DNA of 43,714 nucleotides from Octopus bimaculoides (lineage: Eukaryota). Under the pieces are notes generated by a model, which made no database searches, had not been told where the DNA came from, and saw nothing but the letters and a program-made list of their open reading frames with translations. Position 1 is the stretch's first letter; each line of letters starts with the position of its first letter. Made by a program: the position numbers and the translations under genes. The DNA is taken from assembly GCF_001194135.2 (NCBI RefSeq), contig NC_068981.1:126103569-126147282 (forward strand). Reading direction: 5' to 3'. Shown here one piece after another: positions 12,628-25,159 of this stretch.

Positions 12628-13710
12628 CTAAATACAAATCAAGATACACAGTTGGCTATTTTACAATGCTTAATTATGTTGGTAGATGATTGATTAAAGA
12701 ATTCTTCTAGTGACCAGCATGTGTTAATTTATTTTCAGGTGGAAAGATTCAATCAGTAAATAACACAAGCAATTACCATTTAATTCAGCCATCTATATTC
12801 CCACTTGTTCTCTCATTGAAAAGGAGGGGCTTGTACTTATAGCCGTTTTGGGTTTCTCTAAGCTGAGGAATGGGGATATTTAGAAGTTTGTGTAATAAAT
12901 GTTCAGTTTGAATTCTTGCAGTCTAGTAGTAGTAGTTGTTACAACGACAGTAGCATTAAACCAAGGGGTGTTTTATGCCTACCATCTAAATCAGGCATGG
13001 ACAGCCTTTTTTTAGGAAGCAGGCTACGAGATATGGTTCATAATCAGGTAGGCCACACTACTAAAAAAATCTGTGGTCACTTTTGTTAGGTGCATCATTC
13101 AGAAAGTTTTGTTGGCTGCATACAACCTGTAGGCCACAGTTTGCCCATGACTGATCTAAATAGTCAAGAGACTTGAATCCTAAGCAATGAATCCAGAAGA
13201 CTGACAAGAAATTAGTAAAGAATAAGGTGAGTATGATTTGTTGGTAAGTGAGTATTGGTACATTTAATGTGTGGAGCATTAGAAACTAAATTATGATAAA
13301 ATATGTAGTGAGAATAAAAAGAAAATTAGTCAATGATTAAATCATTTTTTTTCATTTTGCCAACAATTATGGAAGACCACTTTGGATATATTGTTGCTTA
13401 TTCAGGTATCCTCTAAAAATATAATTGCACCATAACTTGGCACTAAATAAATATATAGTAAAGTGTATTTGTTGTCATCAGAGAATAGACTCTTTTAGAA
13501 ATCAAATACACTCTGAATTTCAGAATTGTTTAATTTCTAAATAATTCTACAATTTGTTGGAGGTGCAATGTTAACTTAAAGAACAGTTAAAAAACAAGCT
13601 ATCAAGTAAAGCCATTGACTGATGACTACAAAGAGAGGCATCTCAATATATAATGCAAATCAAAATCATTAGTGCACCAGGCAAAATATTTAGTGACATT
13701 TTGTCTAAAC

Positions 13711-14112
13711 TTTTTACTCTTTTACTTGTTTCAGTCGTTTGACTGCGGCCATGCTGGAGCACTGCCTTTAGTTGAGCAAATCGACCCCAGGACTTATTCT
13801 TTGTAAGTCTAGTACTTATTCTATTGGTCTCTTTTGCTGAACTGCTAAGTTACGGGGATGTAAACACACCAGCATCAGTTGTCAAGCGATGTTGGAGGGA
13901 CAAACACAGACACACAAACACACATATATATATATACATATACATATTTACGACAGGCTTCTTTCAGTTTCTGTCTACCAAATCCACTCAAGGCTTTGGT
14001 CAGCCTGAGGCTATAGTAGAAGACACTTGCCCAACATGCCACACAGTGGGACTGAACCCAGAACCATGTGGTTGGTAAGCAAGCTACTTACCACACAGCC
14101 ACTCGTGCGCCT
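13711..14112 (-). mobile_element. tRNA-derived SINE (family B), near full length
   Basis: Reverse copy of the element at 40181: tRNA-like head, CORE-like ttgggcaagtgtctt block, central microsatellite, gtaaaagag tail. Confidence 0.85.
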
Positions 14113-14117
14113 ATCTG

Positions 14118-14250
14118 CATATTCTGAGTTCAAATTCTGCCAAGGTCAACTTTGCCTTTTATCCTTTCGGGGTTGATAAAATAAATAGCAGTTGAGCACT
14201 GGGATTGATGTAACTGACTTACCCACTCCCTGTGCCAAAATTTGAAACCA
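14118..14250 (+). mobile_element. SINE family C fragment
   Basis: gagttcaaattctgccaaggtcaactttgccttttatcctttcgggg. Confidence 0.75.
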
Positions 14251-14481
14251 ACATATAGTGGAAATGGATGAAAATAGGTGAAAATGTTGCATACATGGAA
14301 GATTCTCAAGCTAGAGGTAGAAAAGTGGAGAAGAAATAATAAGGGCAGGTTTAAGAGGACTGAACTTCACAGAAGAACAAATACAAATAGAAACGATATT
14401 TTGTAAAGCTGGCCTATTAATGCTAATTTTGAAAGATTTGTATTACCATGATAATGATGATGAAAATTGTGATGAACTTAC

Positions 14482-14721
14482 CTTGAAAATACCAGCTTTA
14501 TGTGCTGCAATGCTCTCTAAAGTATTACCAAGTACATTTACATGGTCAATGCCTAGATGTGTAATTCCACATACTACTGGGTTTTCAACAATGTTAGTAC
14601 AATCATAAAGACCACCAAGGCCAACTTCAATGACTGCCACATCTACATCTTCTTTGTGGAAAACATAAACTGCCATCAATGTGAGGAATTGAAAATATGA
14701 TGGCATTTGTTCCTTTTTTTC
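14482..14721 (-). CDS. FPGS: FPGS exon 5 (240 nt)
   Basis: cttttag|GAA AAA...TTC AAG|gtaag; [80 protein letters not shown]. Confidence 0.98.
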
Positions 14722-14865
14722 CTAAAAGAAAGAAAATCATTTTCATTATTAGTTACATGAATTTCAAGCAAATTTGATTAAAACAGAGATTTAAAGATAC
14801 AAAGAAGACAAATATACATACAAGAAAATATTTAACAATTTAAATATAAACTAAAATCTTCTTAC

Positions 14866-14971
14866 CAATAGCTGGTCATAGCAAATCCAAAAATATTTTG
14901 TGAAATCCTCTTTTGAAAGAGGAACCCCATTGATACGGATTCTTTCACGAACTTCAATCAGGTGTGGAGAA
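14866..14971 (-). CDS. FPGS: FPGS exon 4 (106 nt)
   Basis: ttttcag|T TCT CCA...CTA TTG|gtaag; SPHLIEVRERIRINGVPLSKEDFTKYFWICYDQLL. Confidence 0.98.
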
Positions 14972-15329
14972 CTGAAAAAAATACAAATGAAAATCAAAAT
15001 ATTAGCCCAGTTGAAACCAAAGTATCAGGATAACATAATCTCTTTATTTCATTTTTGTCATTACTTGAATTAAAAGAATCTTACTCTAAGGCAGTTAAAA
15101 CTGTTTCATGATTTACCCGTTATGCAAATACCATTTCAACTATTAAATATCTTAGCTTTCAAACCTTTGAATATTTTAAATGCATAAAAAGATTGAAATA
15201 ATTTGTTTTAACTTGTTGGTTCATATGCACCATGTATATTCATTGACGTCTTTGTCTTAATAGTCAATATGTAAAGGTTTCAATCAGCTTTGTACTTGCA
15301 GTTCTCCATACCGCAAAACACTAGTGTAG

Positions 15330-16172
15330 CTAGCAGAAGGTAAGGACCAGTCTACCATGAACAGTATTTTGCAGGGATGACAAATGATCACTGAAACCTT
15401 TTTTTCAGGTGCTCAATACCATCTCTCCTGCTCATCTTCCCTCCTGCACCCCTTTCCCAGTTCTCAGGGTTTGCATTATCAATGTAGGCACATTGAAAGG
15501 TAGGTCTAATGAGATTGTTAAAATGCTTGAATGGAGGCGTGTTGCTGTATGCTGTATCCAAGAAGTAAGGTGAAGAGGAGCTTCAGCCAGGTTCCACACA
15601 GGCAAGACACCTAAGTATAAAATCTTCTGGGAAGGTAACAGTGACGGGGTAGGTGGTGTGGGCATACTTCTTGCAGAGAAATAGGTGAATAAGGTCATAG
15701 AGGTAGTCAGAGTGAGTGATAAGGTGCTTAAGCTCAGACTAGTCTTGCAGAATAGCATAGCATCAATTATCTCTGCCTATGCTCCACAAGCAGGCCTACC
15801 AAATGAACAGAAGGACCATTTTTATGATATTCTTCTGCAGGCTACCTCTAAGACAAATGACAAGGATCTCATCTTTGTGGCTGGGGATTTCAATAGGTAT
15901 GTCAGACAACAGCACGGTATTTTCCATGGTGTACATGGGGGCCATAGGATTGGTTCCCAAAACGAAGACGTAACAAGGCTACTGGAGTTCTGTGATACAA
16001 AAGCCTATTGATCTGCAACACCAACTTCAGGAAGCCAACCAGCCTGCTGATAACTTACCAATCAGGTGGCTATGCTAGCCAGATTGATTACATTCTCAGC
16101 AGGATGCATGGTTGCTCTTAAATACAAAGACTCTCCCTGGTGAAGAATGTATAGCCCAGCATAGACTAGTCT
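15330..16172 (+). pseudogene. RTE LINE apurinic endonuclease fragment
   Basis: NVGTLKGR...CCIQEVR...GVGILL...ISAYAPQAGL...VAGDFN...SQIDYIL...QHRLV, with stops. Confidence 0.9.
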
Positions 16173-17049
16173 ATCTTTTCCAATATTCAGTTAGTTTCCA
16201 GTCCTCTATGTTAGCTAACTTTTTCTCAACTATAACTTCAATCTTTATACATTCCAATGTCATTGGCTGTTCACTAATACATCATGCTGAGAAAAAGAGA
16301 CATACAAAAAAATTCATCAAATTTAGCCTGAACACACTTGTACATGGTTATAGGAATTACTATAAAGGAACAGTATGCTAGACATCCCCCAAAATCTGTG
16401 AGTTCAAATTTTCAAACTGCCTTTAAACAAAGTATAGCATTTCTTTTAACCGTTTTGGTAGAAAATGAGTGCAGTTCTAGTTTCACAGATTTAGTGATTG
16501 GATGTAGATGGTATATCTTAAGATTAGAAAAGGTAAGAATTATCATCATACATTTTTATAAGGCTGGCAACAACTTGTATATCATGCATAGCTTTATGAT
16601 TGAATGTGTAGTTTTAGAGAGGACATTGTAAGTTAAAATTCTGCTGCAAAGGTTTAAATTTACAGATCCACCCAACCAACACCATAATGTAAAACATGGC
16701 AATTATGAGCCAACAAGAAAGCTTCTACATAGTCGCTTTATCAGCTAGAAAAAAGAGCCAAATATCCCTCAAATTAATCTCTACTTTCTTTAAAAAAAGG
16801 AAGGACGCATTTGACAATACAGTTTTAGATATACAAATACAGGTTGGTCAAGGCTGGGATGCCTGTGATCATAGGTCTTATTCAGTCAGGACAGACTTAG
16901 GGCTATAATAGCAGAATTACTATTAAAATAAGATGTTTTAGTAACGTCTGCAAAAACATCCTTTTCTCGTTGTTATTGAATAATTTTTAAACCAACATGC
17001 ATTGAAACACAATCAATGCATCAGAAGAATTTTGAAAATCAATTCTTAC

Positions 17050-17168
17050 CTAAAAAATCCAGTCTTGTATCCTTTATGATGTAAAATACTCTCAGTGTAA
17101 GCACAAGTTGATCCCTTGCCTTTGGTTCCAGCTATGTGAATCACTGATAATTTGTCCAAGTCTCCTAA
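17050..17168 (-). CDS. FPGS: FPGS exon 3 (119 nt, ATP-binding P-loop)
   Basis: tttccag|TTA GGA...TTT AG|gtaag; [39 protein letters not shown]. Confidence 0.98.
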
Positions 17169-17199
17169 CTGGAAAGAAATATATATATATATATATATA

Positions 17200-18065
17200 T
17201 TGAGCCATCCCATAAATAATGCGGTTTTTTTCAATTGCATGTACTAAAAGTCAGAGGGGGATAGGATAAACTACCTGCATCAGCTTACTATAAAAGCAGG
17301 TAGTGATTTATCTTATTCTTCGTGAAGTTTTGAAGAGTGCACTTCGATTTTAACAGTTATTTTTTCAAAGCTATAATGGAAGTGACAAAACAGTATATTT
17401 GGCATATTTTGCTTTATGAGTTCATTAAAGGAAATAACACAATGGAAAGTGCAAAGAATATTAAAGCAGTATATGGGGATCGGACAATGAGTGTAAGCCA
17501 GTGTCAACAGCAATTCCAGAATTTCCGAGCTGGAAACTACAGCCTAGAAGATAAACCTTGTCTTGGAAGATCTGTAGGGCTCGACAAGGATGCCCTGCAA
17601 ATACTGGTGGAACAAAATCCCATCGTAACTGTTGAGGAAAGTGGCAGAAAAGCTTGGATTTGGTCATTCAACCATTCATTGACACCTGTGTGCCACTGGA
17701 AAAGCCAGCAAATTGTGGCAATGGGTACTTCAAACTTTCCAAATCTAATCGCATGCAGAGAGTGAATGTGTGCTCTTCTTTGCTGTCACATCTCACAAAT
17801 GAACCTTTTTTGGACTGAATAGTGAGTGACTGGTGATGAGAAATGAGTTCTCTATAAAAATGTCAAGTGCCGAAGACAGTGGATAAGGAAAGGAGAAACA
17901 CCGGCACCCCAGGCTAAAGAAGGTCTTCACCCATGTAAGGTGAAGAGAGGCCTTGCAAGTCTACTAGATAGATGGAAGAGCATTGTAGAAAATGAAGGAC
18001 AGTATATTTTAGATTTAAAAAGAACTTTGTTTATCTTAATTTTGAAAAATAAAAGAATGACCCAA
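17200..18065 (+). mobile_element. Internally deleted mariner element
   Basis: HTH region MEVTKQYIWHILLYEF...SLEDKP..GRS, then IVTGDEK, jumping to the C-terminal DRWKSIVENEGQYILD. Degenerate TIRs (TA)TTGAGCCATCC / GAATGACCCAA(TA) with TA flanks. Confidence 0.88.
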
Positions 18066-18067
18066 TA

Positions 18068-18075
18068 TGTGTGTG

Positions 18076-18146
<71 letters not shown>

Positions 18147-18187
18147 ATATGTATGTGTGTATGTATATGTGTGTGTATGTATGTATG

Positions 18188-18223
<36 letters not shown>

Positions 18224-18250
18224 CACATGCATACATGTGTATATATATAA
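18068..18250. repeat. (TG)n / (TA)n compound microsatellite
   Basis: Directly visible. Confidence 0.95.
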
Positions 18251-18254
18251 TTGT

Positions 18255-18606
18255 GGAAGGTACTTGTGGAAGGGGTGGACCCAGGAAGACGTGAGATAAA
18301 GTGGTGAGAAAGGATTTTTAGATGCTGGGCCTCAGAGGAAATGACAAGGGACTGGAAGATGTGGCGATTTGGTGTGTAAAGCAAAGTAAAATTATTGTCT
18401 TCTACACATATGCATGTGTCAGTGCTGTGTAAAAAGCACCCAGTACACTCTGTAAATGGTTGCTGTTAGGAAGGACATCCAGCTGTAGAAACCATGCCAC
18501 AACAGACAATTGGAGTCTGGACAGCTCTTAGCTAGCCACCTCCATGTCAAACCGTCCAACCCATGTCAGCATGGAAAGCAGACATTAAGTGATGATGATG
18601 ATGATA
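18255..18606 (+). mobile_element. RTE C-terminus plus family A 3' UTR
   Basis: VEGTCGRGGPRKT remnant followed by the family A body and (GAT)n tail. Confidence 0.8.
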
Positions 18607-19119
18607 ATATATATATGTATGTATGTATACATGTATAGTAGACAGCAAAATAAGAATTTTGTCTTTATTATTTTTATGTATTATTATGCTTTGGGCACAC
18701 ACACACACACACACACATTAGCAAATGGTGTCAATGTTGAGATACTGATTGAGATACTAGCTTCCTTTTTGGCTGTGTGCATACACTCACACACACACAC
18801 ACAAACATTCATACAGTCTCTCTCTCTCTCTCTTTCCCATGCACACACACTCATATTATTGAGGATATTTTAATGTAAATTAATAGTTTATTATTGTTTT
18901 TTTAGAATGATCAAGGCTTCAGAAGTGAGTTAACATATGCTGCTGTGACAATCATGCATTTGTCAAAGGCATCAATAATTTCAATGATGTGAAACAGAGA
19001 ACAAGCTTACTACCAAAGCTACTGTATTCACCATCAGTATCAATTAATAAAGTTTTTACTTTTGATTAAGTTAAAGGTCAGCTTCCTCTAACTAGACACA
19101 CCAGGATGATTTAACCCAG

Positions 19120-19245
19120 ATTACAAATTTTGGCAGAATGCCAGCAATTTCAGGGTGGAGGGCTAGCTGATTACAGCAACCCAAGTGCTTAACTGATATT
19201 TATTTTATTAATCCCCTTAAGGATGAAAGGCAAAGTTGAATCCAG
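19120..19245 (-). mobile_element. Degenerate SINE family C fragment
   Basis: ggatgaaaggcaaagttga core. Confidence 0.6.
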
Positions 19246-20100
19246 TATATATATTACTAGTCCTTACTAAATTGTCTCCAGACAAGTGAAGGATAAACTT
19301 GATTGAAGCAAAACCTGAATCCAGAATGAAGAGAGGCATAACAAAATACTATAATTGCTTTACATTGTGGAAGAGCTACTTTAACCATCTAAAGATACAC
19401 AAAGGCTTTCTACTTTGCTTTCCATTTATTTTGTGAGCTGTCAAAATTTATGTCACACCAATGCAACTTGATCACTGATATCGGGTCAACTACAATTGTT
19501 TGAAACTTAGTTAATGGCAAATTATTATTTATATACCTCCAAGATTCTTTTCTCTCTCTTTTTATTTTTTCGGTTGAACTAACAGACATACTAGTTTCCT
19601 GCATACATGACCTGCTGGTGCCATTCTTTTGTCTGTAAAATTTAGTATGCATGTATGTCAAGCAACAAGTAGAGACCAGGATGTCTGCAGACTCAACAAG
19701 AAAAAATAACCCTGAGGCTCACACGAACTTGCTTTTATTTAACCCTTTTATTGTGGAAACTAAAGATATCAAACCAAATTTTACAGCCAAAAATGGTAGG
19801 TCAACTTACATACCAAAATGATTTGGACGACTGAAAATTCCATGTGAAATGCAGCAGGTAGTGATGATATTTGAATGTTTACACTATAAGCTACATTGAT
19901 TTGTATGCCATAAAATACAGTGGCTCTAGATACACTGTGCCTAAAAAAAGGAAGATGAAACAGTTACAACCAGATTACCATGATCATATGTTTGCGTGAT
20001 GGAGGCTGATCTATGGCTAAATCTCAATAACAAGAATATCAATGAAATTATAAGTTGTGTACAAATTCAGTTTTATTGAAATAAAAATCAAGTGACTCAC

Positions 20101-20202
20101 AGTTAAATTAATGTCAGTCAAACATGATCTGACAAAGTTCAATTTGGCTTCAGGATCTTGTGATTTATTAGCTTGTAAAAGGTTTAGCTTTTTAATGGCA
20201 TC
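20101..20202 (-). CDS. FPGS: FPGS exon 2 (102 nt)
   Basis: tttttatag|GAT GCC...TTA ACT|gtgagt; DAIKKLNLLQANKSQDPEAKLNFVRSCLTDINLT. Confidence 0.92.
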
Positions 20203-20993
20203 CTATAAAAATGAAAATAAAAAATTTCTTATATTGATTTACATCAACAAATTTATGATGAGAAAAAAAAAGAAAATGATATAGGAGACACATTGGTCTC
20301 TCTAACTAAATGTAGTTGTTTAAATATGTAAGTGTCTTCATAGAGCTTGAGGTGAGGGATTTTAAAAGCCAGAGCATTGCTCTGGTTTCATGGCATTAAG
20401 TAGTAAGCAGATAAAGGTTTTGCTTTGATAAGACATGTATCTAAGATAACATTTTCAGAAAATTTCTTACATACAGTGAGTTCACAATGTTCAATAAAAC
20501 AGCTATGATTAACATAGCCAGAATTAATTCAAGTGACTTAATAATCAACCTTTAGTCCTGTGGAAAAATAACAAACAAAAATATTCTTATTCATGAATAA
20601 ATAAGTTTGAATAAAATAGTATTCAAATAGGTAACTAAAATCATGAAGCTGTAAATTTTCCAAATAGTGTATGTTTTTAGATATATTTCATTGGTCTATT
20701 TCTTTAAGAGAAATGTTTTTTAATTGTAGAAATGTCTTAATTTTCATATAAAAAGCTGATATACTGAATACTAGATAAGAACAAAACAGCTGTTAGAGGA
20801 CAGTTCATCAAGCTAAGTTTGTTATCAGTACTTCAGCAAATAAGTTGGGAAAATAGCTATTTTCCCTAATACACACCTTCTGGTTTGTTTATTACATTCA
20901 TATAAAATATAAATGACCAACTAATTGAATTTTTGAAATTTTTTTGTTACATATTTGAGTAAAAATAAATTTCTATTAGAATATTGAATATAT

Positions 20994-21131
20994 TCTTTTC
21001 TACTCTAGGCACAAGGCCTGAAATTTTGGGGGAGGGGGGGGGGCAGTCGATTAGATCGATCCCAGTATGTAACTAGTACTTAATTTATCGACCTTGATAG
21101 GATGAAAGGCAAAGTCGACCTCGGCGGAATA
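20994..21131 (-). mobile_element. SINE family C, 3' half
   Basis: ctaggcacaaggcctgaaatttt...ggatgaaaggcaaagtcgacctcggcggaat. Confidence 0.85.
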
Positions 21132-22091
21132 TTGAATATATTAATGAATTCTTAGATAGGTATGACAACTGTAATTTGTTAAGCAAGAATGTTCATCACT
21201 TTCTAACATTATTTATACCTAAAATAAGATAGTTCCAACAGAGTGAAAAGCAGGTCAAAGACTCAATTTACTACTGTACTATACAATCATAACTAAATGG
21301 TCACTAGTATATAATTGCATATATACAATAGTTACAATAAAATATTTGAAAAGGCAGCTTTTATTTTAATTGTTACTGTAATTGTATTTAACATATCATG
21401 TTCCCTTTCTAAAAAAATATTTTGTACATTATTTTAACTTCTTTGTTACAAAAATTTTATCTGACTATAGCAGCAAGATATGACTGAAAATATTTTGTTT
21501 ACAAATTGCTGGCATGTTCTCTTTGCAATCATGTGGCTCCAAGTTCAATTCCACTGCACAGAACTTTGGGAAAAAATATTTTACTATAGCTGTAACCAAT
21601 ACCTTGGGAATACAATTTTATAGATGAAAATTGAGCAGAAACCTTTTATATGTACAAATATTTTTTCATTCATTTTAACATCCATTTTACAAGGTGGGCA
21701 TAAGTTGGATAAAGGCTTATTATTAAGACATTATTTTACTGTTGGATGCTCTACCTACAGCTAAGTTTTACCTGTTTTTCAAGTAGTGTTCATAATTCCA
21801 CCTCGCTTTGAAAACAGAGTTAAGGGGCAATTCATTAACAGGGAATGCCAACATAATATCACAATTTTTGCTTTGATGTTTTCATATGAAGAAACAGAAT
21901 ATAAAAGTCCATACAGGCACACACATAGACAGACAGACAGACACACACACACACACACACACATATACAAATGCATATATGGTGGGCTTCAAAACAAAGC
22001 CAAGTACAGAGGTTTATCATTGGCTAGATATTTCTCCTGGAGTTGCATTAGCATAAATATAGCATCAGTGGTGCTTCTACCTGGCGTTTCA

Positions 22092-22459
22092 GTCATTTGA
22101 TTGTGACCATGCTGGAGCATCACCTTCAAGGGTTTTAGTTGAAGAAATCAACTGCAGGACTTATTTCCAAAGCATAATACTTATTCTATCAGGGTCTTTT
22201 GCTGAACCGCAAAGTTACAGGGATGTAAACATGCCAACACGAGTTATCAAATGGTGATGGGGAACAAACATAGACACACACACACACACATACATATGTA
22301 TACATATATATGATGGGCTTCTTTCAGTTTCCATCTACCAAATTCACTCACATGGCTTTGGTTGGCCCAAGGTTATAATAGAAGATACTTGCTCAAGGTG
22401 TCACACAATGGGACTTAACCTGGAACCATGTGGCTGGTAAACAAGCTTCTTACCATACA

Positions 22460-22465
<6 letters not shown>
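22092..22465 (-). mobile_element. SINE family B
   Basis: Same layout as the 13711 and 40181 copies. Confidence 0.8.
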
Positions 22466-22509
<44 letters not shown>

Positions 22510-22734
22510 CATACATACACAGAGAGAGGCAGACAGAGAGATCATCATCATTATTTAACATCCATGTTTCATACCAGCATGTGTTGGATGGAGTTTGTTG
22601 GGGTTACGGCTGGGTGCCCTTTGCAAGCAAGGTAATATGGCCAGACATGTCTTTTGTAGAGTATTGGAAATGAATGACATTCATTTACAACAATCACCCA
22701 ACGTCAAGATAAGGAGACACAAACATATGCACAC

Positions 22735-22990
22735 TCTCTCACACTGACCCTGCCTAATATCTTGCTTTGTTGTATCTTTGCAGCTGCTGTTGTTCTTTTG
22801 CTCTTGATCAGCTCACATCATGTTGGTCAATGATCAAAACATTCCAGCCATGACTCTTCTGTCTATTTAGGAGTATCTAAGAATACCTTATTTAATATGC
22901 CCTTCCCTCTTAAGATGAAGGTGTATGATTTAAGGGGGGTTTGGCTGCTCTTTTTAGTAGGTTATGTGACCACATAAAATGTTCCCTCTT
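22735..22990. repeat. Unclassified interspersed repeat (family E)
   Basis: cattccagccatgac...gatttaagggggtttggctgct; related segments near 5750-5810, 29880-30030, 32135-32200 and 33895-33985. Confidence 0.55.
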
Positions 22991-23007
22991 TGACTACCAT
23001 CAGTTTT

Positions 23008-23330
23008 ATCATCATCATTTAATGTCTGCTTCCAATGCTGGCATGGGTTGAACAGTTTGACAGAAAATGGCCAGCTTGGGAGCTGCCTAAGCTCCATTGT
23101 CTATTTTGGCATGGTTTCTATGGCTAGATGCCCTTCCTAATGCCAACCACTTAAGAGTATACTGGGTACTTTTTACTTGGAACCGACACAGGTGCTTTTA
23201 TGTGGCACTGGCACATGCACCTTTATGTGGCACCAGCATGGGCGCTTTCACATGACACCAGCACAATTGCTTTTTACATGACACCAGTACCTGTAAACCC
23301 TCAAGGGAGGGACCTCTCAGCTGAGAGAGG
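23008..23330 (-). mobile_element. Family A copy
   Basis: (CAT)n tail; gatgcccttcctaatgccaaccac. Confidence 0.75.
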
Positions 23331-23822
23331 GATGTAGAGGACATTCTTGTATGTTTGGATGGCCACAGTTTTACTTAGTTTGACAAGTTTTCTGAAAAAC
23401 AGTGCAATTTTGAAATAAGTTATAACAAATTATACCAGTTACCTAGTTTTAATTTTCTGTTGAAATCTCATCACTTACATATGGTAAAGTGAGGATAATA
23501 TAATCTCTCTTTTCCTTTCCCATACATATTTGTTTCAATAAAGTGTTGCTATATATTCATCCATTGAAGCATTATCGCTACAGACAATTGCCAAACTAAT
23601 TGCGCCTGTTTTTTCAGAGACTACTTTGCTTGCCCTGAGAGCACTGATAAAGACACAGAATTGTAACATGAAAAAAAAAAATCTATATATATATACAGTA
23701 GTCCTCCGATATTTGCGGGGGTTACGTTCCTAGAGCACCCGCGGATAGTGAAAAACCACGAATATTGGACGTGGTCCATAAAAATGCCTATAAATATCAA
23801 AATATAACATAAAATATTATAT

Positions 23823-25000
23823 ATCATCATCATCATCGTTTAACGTCCGCTTTCCATGCTAGCATGGGTTGGACGATTTGATTGAGGACTGGGGAAACCG
23901 GATGGCAACACCAGGCTCCAATCTAATTTGGCAGAGTTTCTACAGCTGGATGCCCTTCCTAACGCCAACCACTCAGAGAGTGTAGTGGGTGCTTTTACGT
24001 GTCACCCGCACGAAAACGGCCACGCTCGAAATGGTGTCTTTTATGTGCCACCCGCACAAGCCAGTCCAGGGGCACTGGCAACGATCTCGCTCGAAAACCC
24101 TATGGGAGCCAGTCAGGCGGTACTGGCAACGGCCACGCTCAANNNNNNNNNNNNNNNNNNNNNNNNNNNNNNNNNNNNNNNNNNNNNNNNNNNNNNNNNN
24201 NNNNNNNNNNNNNNNNNNNNNNNNNNNNNNNNNNNNNNNNNNNNNNNNNNNNNNNNNNNNNNNNNNNNNNNNNNNNNNNNNNNNNNNNNNNNNNNNNNNN
24301 NNNNNNNNNNNNNNNNNNNNNNNNNNNNNNNNNNNNNNNNNNNNNNNNNNNNNNNNNNNNNNNNNNNNNNNNNNNNNNNNNNNNNNNNNNNNNNNNNNNN
24401 NNNNNNNNNNNNNNNNNNNNNNNNNNNNNNNNNNNNNNNNNNNNNNNNNNNNNNNNNNNNNNNNNNNNNNNNNNNNNNNNNNNNNNNNNNNNNNNNNNNN
24501 NNNNNNNNNNNNNNNNNNNNNNNNNNNNNNNNNNNNNNNNNNNNNNNNNNNNNNNNNNNNNNNNNNNNNNNNNNNNNNNNNNNNNNNNNNNNNNNNNNNN
24601 NNNNNNNNNNNNNNNNNNNNNNNNNNNNNNNGTAAGAGCTCTCTAAACTTTGCCCAGGCTATTCTTATTCTAGCAGCTACACTTTCAGCGCACCCACCCC
24701 CACTACTAACTTGGTCACCCAGATAGCGGAAGATATCGACTACCTCTAGTTTTTCTCCCTGGAATGAGATGGAAGTTGTTTCCTGTTTGTTTACAGTGTT
24801 TATTGCACCTGAACATCTGCCACATACAAAAACTAACTTCGTAGTTAATCTGCCTTTGATATTGCTGCACCTCTTATGTGTCCATAGCTTGCACCGGGTA
24901 CATCTTATAGAGTTACTACCTACTCCTTTACTGCATACTGAGCAGGGCCATCTACCTGAAGGGGTTTGTGTTTTATCTACCTTCCTACTTATTAAGATTT
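23823..25000 (-). mobile_element. 5'-truncated RTE LINE inserted in the Tigger element
   Basis: Intact frame RWPCSVC...FRYLGDQVSSGGGCAESVAARIRIAWAKFRELL up to the gap, then family A 3' UTR and (ATG)n tail at 23823. Confidence 0.88.
24143..24631. other. Assembly gap (489 N)
   Basis: N run. Confidence 1.
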
Positions 25001-25159
25001 TAATAAAAACTGAAGTAAAATGTACTGTTACCAATAATGAATGATATTGATTTAAGATGATAATGATGAAAATTATGAAGGTAATGACTGTACAGCAAAG
25101 AAAACTTAAAGCTTTTCAGGTGATGCTTCTTCTTCAGGTGTTTTAGGAGATGTTATATC

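Noticed and set aside
7070-18606. Idea that the RT (7.1-8.2 kb), endonuclease (15.3-16.2 kb) and C-terminal (18.3 kb) RTE pieces are one fragmented LINE
   Set aside because: Their order is not collinear with a LINE ORF and FPGS exons lie between them; they are independent insertions.
19410-19661. Possible cassette exon between exons 2 and 3 (tttacag at about 19633)
   Set aside because: In the required phase 0 it reaches a stop after 13 codons and shows no FPGS similarity.
21771-21900. Possible further first exon ending CAG|GTAAAA
   Set aside because: In-frame TGA six codons upstream of the donor, with no ATG after it.
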